64,000 nt of DNA from a bacterium. Lineage in GTDB: Bacteria; UBA8248. The notes below the pieces were generated by a model, which was not told where the DNA came from, searched no databases, and saw nothing but the letters and a program-made list of their open reading frames with translations. Made by a program: the position numbers and the translations under genes. The first letter of the stretch is position 1. Every line of letters begins with the position of its first letter. Positions 59,164-64,000 of the stretch are shown here, piece by piece. Location: positions 672,001 to 736,000 of the forward strand of contig OZ242260.1 of NCBI GenBank assembly GCA_965207065.1, written 5' to 3'.

Positions 59164-60636
59164 TCAGAGCGGCGGGAGCGCTTCGTGGTGCGTCGTCGCG
59201 CTTTCGAATGCCGCCGCTGCCTGAAGAATCGTTTTTTCGGCAAATGGTTTTCCTACCAATTGAAGCCCGATCGGCAGCCCTCTGGAAGTAAATCCGCAAG
59301 GTTGGCTGATGCCGGGAAGGCCGGCCAGATTACAGGGTATGGTCAGAATATCAGAGAGATACATGCTGATGGGATCATCAAGGCGCTCACCAATCTCGAA
59401 AGCGGGGGTAGGAGCCGTGGCCGACAGCACAACGTCGACCTCCTCGAACGCGGCCTTGAAATCCTGGCAAATCAGCGTGCGGACTTTTTGCGCCTTCGTA
59501 TAATAGGCGTCGTAATATCCGGAAGACAGCGCATAGGTACCCAGCATGATTCGGCGTTTTACCTCGTCCCCAAAGCCGTTTTCCCGGCTGGTTGCGTACA
59601 TGCCGAACAGGGAACCAAATGTGGAATCTCCTTGTTTGCGCAGGCCGAAGCGGACGCCATCGTAACGCGCCAGGTTGCTGCTCGCCTCCGCGGGGGCGAG
59701 AATGTAATAGACGGGCAAGGCATATTCGGTATTGGGCAGAGAAATTTCGAGAATTTCCGCTCCCTGTTCCTCGAAGACGGCGATCGCCTTTTGAGTCGCA
59801 GCCTCGACCTCGGGATCCATCCCCTCGATAAAGTATTCTTCGGGAATACCGATCTTCAGTCCCCGGACTCCGGCTCCGAGATTTTTCGTGTAATCAGGGA
59901 CGGGCTCATCGGCCGAAGTGGAATCACGGGAGTCGTGTCCACTGACGGCGCCCAGCAAGATGGCTGCGTCCCGGACGTTTTTCGCAAAAGGGCCGATTTG
60001 GTCGAGAGAGCTGGCGAAGGCGATGAGTCCGTAGCGTGAAATGCGTCCGTAAGTGGGCTTCATGCCCACGACGCCGCAGCATGCCGCCGGCTGACGTATG
60101 GAGCCCCCGGTATCCGAACCCAGGGAGACGACGCAGGACCGCGACGCGACGGCGGCAGCGGACCCGCCGCTGCTGCCTCCCGGGATGGTTTTCAGGTTCC
60201 ATGGATTGTGGGTCGGCCCGAACGCGCTTTGCTCGCACGATGAACCCATGGCGAATTCGTCCATGTTCAGTTTGCCGAGTATGACCGCGCCTGCGTCCTT
60301 GAGCCGGGCCACGACGGTGGCGTCATACGGGGCTTCGAAATTCTCCAGAAACCGGGAAGCGCACGTGGTCTTCGTGCCTTTCATGCAAAGGAGGTCTTTT
60401 ACGGCCACGGGGACTCCGAGAAGGGGAGAACCGTGATCTCCGGCGCCGATTTTCGCATCGGCGGCGCGGGCGGCGCTGAGGGCTTCATCTTCGAGAACGC
60501 TCAAATAGGCGTGCACCTTCGCTTCAGTATCGTCGATGCGTTCAAGATAGGCCCTGGTCAGCTCCTCCGCGCTGAATTCCCTTGCTCTCAGGCTCTCCAG
60601 GATTTCCGTGATGCCGAGTTGAAGCAGATCGTTCAT
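59164..60636 (-). CDS. gatA: Asp/Glu-tRNA(Asn/Gln) amidotransferase subunit A
   Basis: Amidase signature [30 protein letters not shown] and EVKRRIMLG. Confidence 0.97.
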   Translation of the reverse strand: MNDLLQLGITEILESLRAREFSAEELTRAYLERIDDTEAKVHAYLSVLEDEALSAARAADAKIGAGDHGSPLLGVPVAVKDLLCMKGTKTTCASRFLENFEAPYDATVVARLKDAGAVILGKLNMDEFAMGSSCEQSAFGPTHNPWNLKTIPGGSSGGSAAAVASRSCVVSLGSDTGGSIRQPAACCGVVGMKPTYGRISRYGLIAFASSLDQIGPFAKNVRDAAILLGAVSGHDSRDSTSADEPVPDYTKNLGAGVRGLKIGIPEEYFIEGMDPEVEAATQKAIAVFEEQGAEILEISLPNTEYALPVYYILAPAEASSNLARYDGVRFGLRKQGDSTFGSLFGMYATSRENGFGDEVKRRIMLGTYALSSGYYDAYYTKAQKVRTLICQDFKAAFEEVDVVLSATAPTPAFEIGERLDDPISMYLSDILTIPCNLAGLPGISQPCGFTSRGLPIGLQLVGKPFAEKTILQAAAAFESATTHHEALPPL

Positions 60637-60805
60637 TCGCACTCCTCGTCCGTGTGTCCGTTAAAGCGTCTTGAATCGAGAGAAAACACCACAGGCGGCC
60701 CGCTCGTCAAACCCGCGCCGCCGGAATTTTCCGCGGGCACAGGATAAGGGCCGGTTCCGCTCAGGAGTAACCGGCCATCGACCCGGCTCTTGCGGGCGCG
60801 GGCGT

Positions 60806-61567
60806 TCAGTTTCCCTCATGGCTGCTCAGCAAAAAAGTGGCGTAGCCGAGAAGCTGCTTTCCGCCGCCGTCGTGGTAGACCTCAAGGTCTTGCTGCCAGC
60901 TGTCCAACACGTCCTGGGCTTCGCGTGAATCCGCATACTCAAGCCGGTTCTCGATAATGGAGCGCGCCTGGGGAGCCAGAAAGGATTCCCAGGCGGCTTC
61001 CGATTCGTGCTCCACGAATGCAACGTCATATCCCTGTTCTGTAAAGTGGCCCCGGAATTCCTCCACGTCAATCGGTTCGCAGGGAAGGTAGGCGTCGAGC
61101 CATCTCGCCAGTCGTTCGGAGTCGACGTCTTCATCTTCGGGTTTCCAGACCAGACCGGAATAGGCAATCCATCCCCCGGGCTTCACTACCCGGGTCAGAC
61201 TCCTCAGCTTGCTCGTGCCGCTCGAGGGGTAAGCGGGACCGCACAAAAGCGCCAGATCGAAGTAATTGTCGTCGAAGGGAAAATCATCGCTCGAATGCGC
61301 CAGCAAATCGATGAGATGGGACAGATCTTCGAATAAAATTCGCCGTCTTCCGTCTTCCACGAACTCGGGGCGATCATCAAGGCCGATCCCCGAACACCCG
61401 AACATCCGTGCGAGCGAAATGACGCTTCCTCCCTTGCCGCACGATGCGTCGAACACCAGAAGATCCGCCGACAAGCCGATGTGCTCGCCAATCTTTTTGA
61501 GCGTGTCTTCCGATATGGGAGCGAGGAAGTGATTGTGTTTGAAACGCTCGAATATGTCGGGTTGCAT
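60806..61567 (-). CDS. Class I SAM-dependent methyltransferase
   Basis: Motif I FDASCGKG, PFDDNYFD and RVVKPGG. Confidence 0.85.
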   Translation of the reverse strand: MQPDIFERFKHNHFLAPISEDTLKKIGEHIGLSADLLVFDASCGKGGSVISLARMFGCSGIGLDDRPEFVEDGRRRILFEDLSHLIDLLAHSSDDFPFDDNYFDLALLCGPAYPSSGTSKLRSLTRVVKPGGWIAYSGLVWKPEDEDVDSERLARWLDAYLPCEPIDVEEFRGHFTEQGYDVAFVEHESEAAWESFLAPQARSIIENRLEYADSREAQDVLDSWQQDLEVYHDGGGKQLLGYATFLLSSHEGN

Positions 61568-61588
61568 GAAACGGGCTGTGAACCGGTA

Positions 61589-61696
61589 TTAAAAAATCGA
61601 GAGGCCGATTAAGTCGAGCATCAAGATAATCGTGCTCAAGCCCAGGATTCCACCGATGATGAGGGCCAACAATCCGAAAAGTTTTCCGTACACCAT
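61589..61696 (-). CDS. Small 35-aa hydrophobic membrane peptide
   Basis: AGGAG RBS, then MVYGKLFGLLALIIGGILGLSTIILMLDLIGLSIF*. Fills the gap between co-directional genes and is below the ORF-track cutoff. Confidence 0.7.
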   Translation of the reverse strand: MVYGKLFGLLALIIGGILGLSTIILMLDLIGLSIF

Positions 61697-61720
61697 GACT
61701 GCTTTCTCCTAGAACAACGG

Positions 61721-62644
61721 CTATTTCTTTTTGCTTTTTCCCTTTGTTGGTGTTTTGGCAGGCTGCGACTTGCTGATCTGCATGAATACCTTGCCGTCTT
61801 TCAATACAGTAACACTTCCTGTCGATTCACTGATAGCGAACGATATGGCTGTGCTTACTTCCGTTATACCCGCTCCGGCCATGTGACGCGAACCCAGCCC
61901 CGGGGGCAAATCATTCTCAGGCGCCGCGTTCAGGTGCCTGCCGGCGGCTTCGATGATTCCGTCTCCCCGAATGACGAACGCGCCGTCGATAGCGCTGAAT
62001 TCCTTGACGGTCTCGCGCAGGGCCGGGTCCATGATGTTTCTTTGCTCTTCCGGGTATCCATGGAAGGGATTGATGACGAGTTGGCGTGAATACTGCAGCA
62101 CGAGATCATGATCCCCCAGAACAAAAAGCGCGCCGCGAGGTTTTCCTTCCCGCCCTTCGGCGCCGAGTTCGAGAGCGAGCGACAAGACCGTTTCGAACAC
62201 CTTCGGGTCTACGCCCTCAACGGCGCTTTGCGTTTCCGATGTTTGGAGCATTTCTTTCTCGCGATCCAAATGAAAGACCATGAGCGTGTCAATTTCTTCG
62301 TTCTCAGGCAAGCCTGAAAGGCAAACCACGGTGTCGTTTTGCGTGATGGAGCCTTCACTCAAAGCGATCACGACACCCATCTTGATGATGTCGATTCGAT
62401 TCAGGGACAAGGCGGGCAATTGCATTACCTTGCAACCCCGTTTTTCCAGTTCTTCGTAAAGGTCGGGGGTGGAAGTGGTGGTGAAATGCTCTACGCCGTC
62501 GGGCAGATCCATCAAGGCGTCCAGATCCTTCATCGCGTCCGCATGAATAAAAATGGCCTTGGCTTCGAGTTCATTGCAGATTTGTGAAGCCGCGGCGATG
62601 ATGCTTTCGCTGAGGCCGGCTTGTTTTTCGGCCGTTTCTCTCAC
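61721..62644 (-). CDS. Diadenylate cyclase (DAC/DisA_N domain, DacZ-like architecture)
   Basis: EGREGKPRGALF, DGA motif (AIDGAF), RH motif (GSRHMAG) and AISES. Confidence 0.88.
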   Translation of the reverse strand: MRETAEKQAGLSESIIAAASQICNELEAKAIFIHADAMKDLDALMDLPDGVEHFTTTSTPDLYEELEKRGCKVMQLPALSLNRIDIIKMGVVIALSEGSITQNDTVVCLSGLPENEEIDTLMVFHLDREKEMLQTSETQSAVEGVDPKVFETVLSLALELGAEGREGKPRGALFVLGDHDLVLQYSRQLVINPFHGYPEEQRNIMDPALRETVKEFSAIDGAFVIRGDGIIEAAGRHLNAAPENDLPPGLGSRHMAGAGITEVSTAISFAISESTGSVTVLKDGKVFMQISKSQPAKTPTKGKSKKK

Positions 62645-62646
62645 CT

Positions 62647-64000
62647 TTATCCCTTTCCTTCCAGTGCTACGTAGAATGTCGTGCCTTTCCGTTCGATCAC
62701 CAGCAGATTTCCTTTTTTTTCTCCTTTTTTCAGCGCTTCTTGCAACTGTTTCGTATCGGCAATCGCTTTCCGATTGGCTTCTACAATGACGTCACCCCGG
62801 CGTAACCCGGCCATGGCTGCGGGACTATCGGGCAACACGTTGGAGATGACGACGCCCTTCTTTGCTTTCGCCCCGATTTGCTTTCTGAGTTCAGGTGTCA
62901 GGTTTTGCCCCTCGATACCCAGTTTTTTCTGGAGCGCCGGTTTTGATGCTTTCGCTATTTCCTCCGAAGCTCCGGGCAACTTGCCGACTTGAATGGTGAA
63001 GTCGCGCTTCTTGCCGTCCCGAATGATGCCGACTTCGGCGTTGGAGCCCGGCTTCAAGTCGGCCGCGGCAAGAGAGAGTTGACGGGGGTTTTTGATTTTT
63101 TTCTCATTGATGCTTACGATCACGTCGCCTCTTTTGATGCCGGCTTTTTTCGCAGGCGCATTTTCAATCACGTTAGAGACCAGAGCGCCTTGGGTTTCTT
63201 TCAGGCCCAATTCTTTCGCCAGACTTTCATTGACGGGTTGAATGGATACGCCCAGAAATCCACGGGTAACGACTCCCTTGCGAAGCTGAGGGAGCAGTTT
63301 CTTCGCTATATTAATCGGTATCGCGAAACCAATACCGATATTTCCGCCGCCTCTGCTGAAGATGGCGGTGTTGATGCCCACGACGTTTCCATTCAAATCG
63401 AAGAGGGGTCCACCACTGTTTCCCGGATTGATGGAGGCGTCGGTTTGAATAAAGTTATCGAACCGGCTCGAACCGATAACGCGCCCTTTGGCGCTGACGA
63501 TTCCGGCCGTCACCGTATGGGATAAGCCGAATGGGTTTCCTATGGCCATTACCCAGTCGCCTACGCGAAGTTTTTCGCTGTCTCCGAGCTTCACCGCGGT
63601 GAAAGTATCACCAGGTTTCGTTTCTACCTGGAGAAGCGCGATATCGGTTTGGGGGTCACGGCCCACGACCTTCGCTTTTCTCTTTCTTTTATCTTTGAAG
63701 CGGACGGTTATTTTAGATGCATTTTCGACAACATGATTATTCGTAACGACCAGACCGTTATCGGTCACGATGAAGCCCGAACCCAGGTTCTGCTGTCTGG
63801 GTTGTGGGCGTAACCCACCACGTGGTCCGCGGCGGAAAGGTCTTTCATGAAAACGTCTGAAAAATTCGTTCCACAAATCGCCAGGAAATCCTGGAAAATC
63901 GCCTCTTGAACTCGTTTCAACCTTTGTTTCCGTGCTGATATTCACCACGGCGGGGCTTAATTTTTCCGCCAACCCGGCCAGGGACGGCAGCTTTCCCGCG
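62647..64000 (-). CDS. DegP/DegQ (HtrA) serine endoprotease with two PDZ domains (5' end off the window)
   Basis: GSGFI, TNNHV, TDIALL and QTDASINPGNSGGPL. The frame stays open to the window edge. Confidence 0.95.
   Translation of the reverse strand, partial: AGKLPSLAGLAEKLSPAVVNISTETKVETSSRGDFPGFPGDLWNEFFRRFHERPFRRGPRGGLRPQPRQQNLGSGFIVTDNGLVVTNNHVVENASKITVRFKDKRKRKAKVVGRDPQTDIALLQVETKPGDTFTAVKLGDSEKLRVGDWVMAIGNPFGLSHTVTAGIVSAKGRVIGSSRFDNFIQTDASINPGNSGGPLFDLNGNVVGINTAIFSRGGGNIGIGFAIPINIAKKLLPQLRKGVVTRGFLGVSIQPVNESLAKELGLKETQGALVSNVIENAPAKKAGIKRGDVIVSINEKKIKNPRQLSLAAADLKPGSNAEVGIIRDGKKRDFTIQVGKLPGASEEIAKASKPALQKKLGIEGQNLTPELRKQIGAKAKKGVVISNVLPDSPAAMAGLRRGDVIVEANRKAIADTKQLQEALKKGEKKGNLLVIERKGTTFYVALEGKG

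Overview
GC-rich bacterial window, mostly catabolic and transport genes, with housekeeping genes at the right end. 1-17 kb: cyclic amidohydrolase, TAXI-TRAP transporter, IclR regulator, Liv-type ABC transporter, LLM oxidoreductase, transglutaminase-like protein, aldehyde dehydrogenase and TctCBA. 17-35 kb: a solitary tRNA-Sec (selC), several oxidoreductases, a GntR-controlled catabolic operon and malQ. 35-39 kb: an AT-rich islet (DUF5343-like gene plus a convergent candidate sRNA) and a nested MITE/REP cluster. 41-56 kb is the most unusual block. It holds two near-identical PLP decarboxylases, a translationally coupled partner-switching operon with an orphan periplasmic binding protein, and an NCS2 permease fused to a degenerate RsbW-like domain. 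It also holds an NHLP-leader RiPP precursor followed by one uncharacterised enzyme that may be an ABBA-type prenyltransferase. 56-64 kb: cytochrome c', a frameshifted amidohydrolase, gatB/gatA without gatC, a methyltransferase, a small membrane peptide, a diadenylate cyclase and a DegP/HtrA protease. All calls come from reading motifs by eye; no database searches were run.
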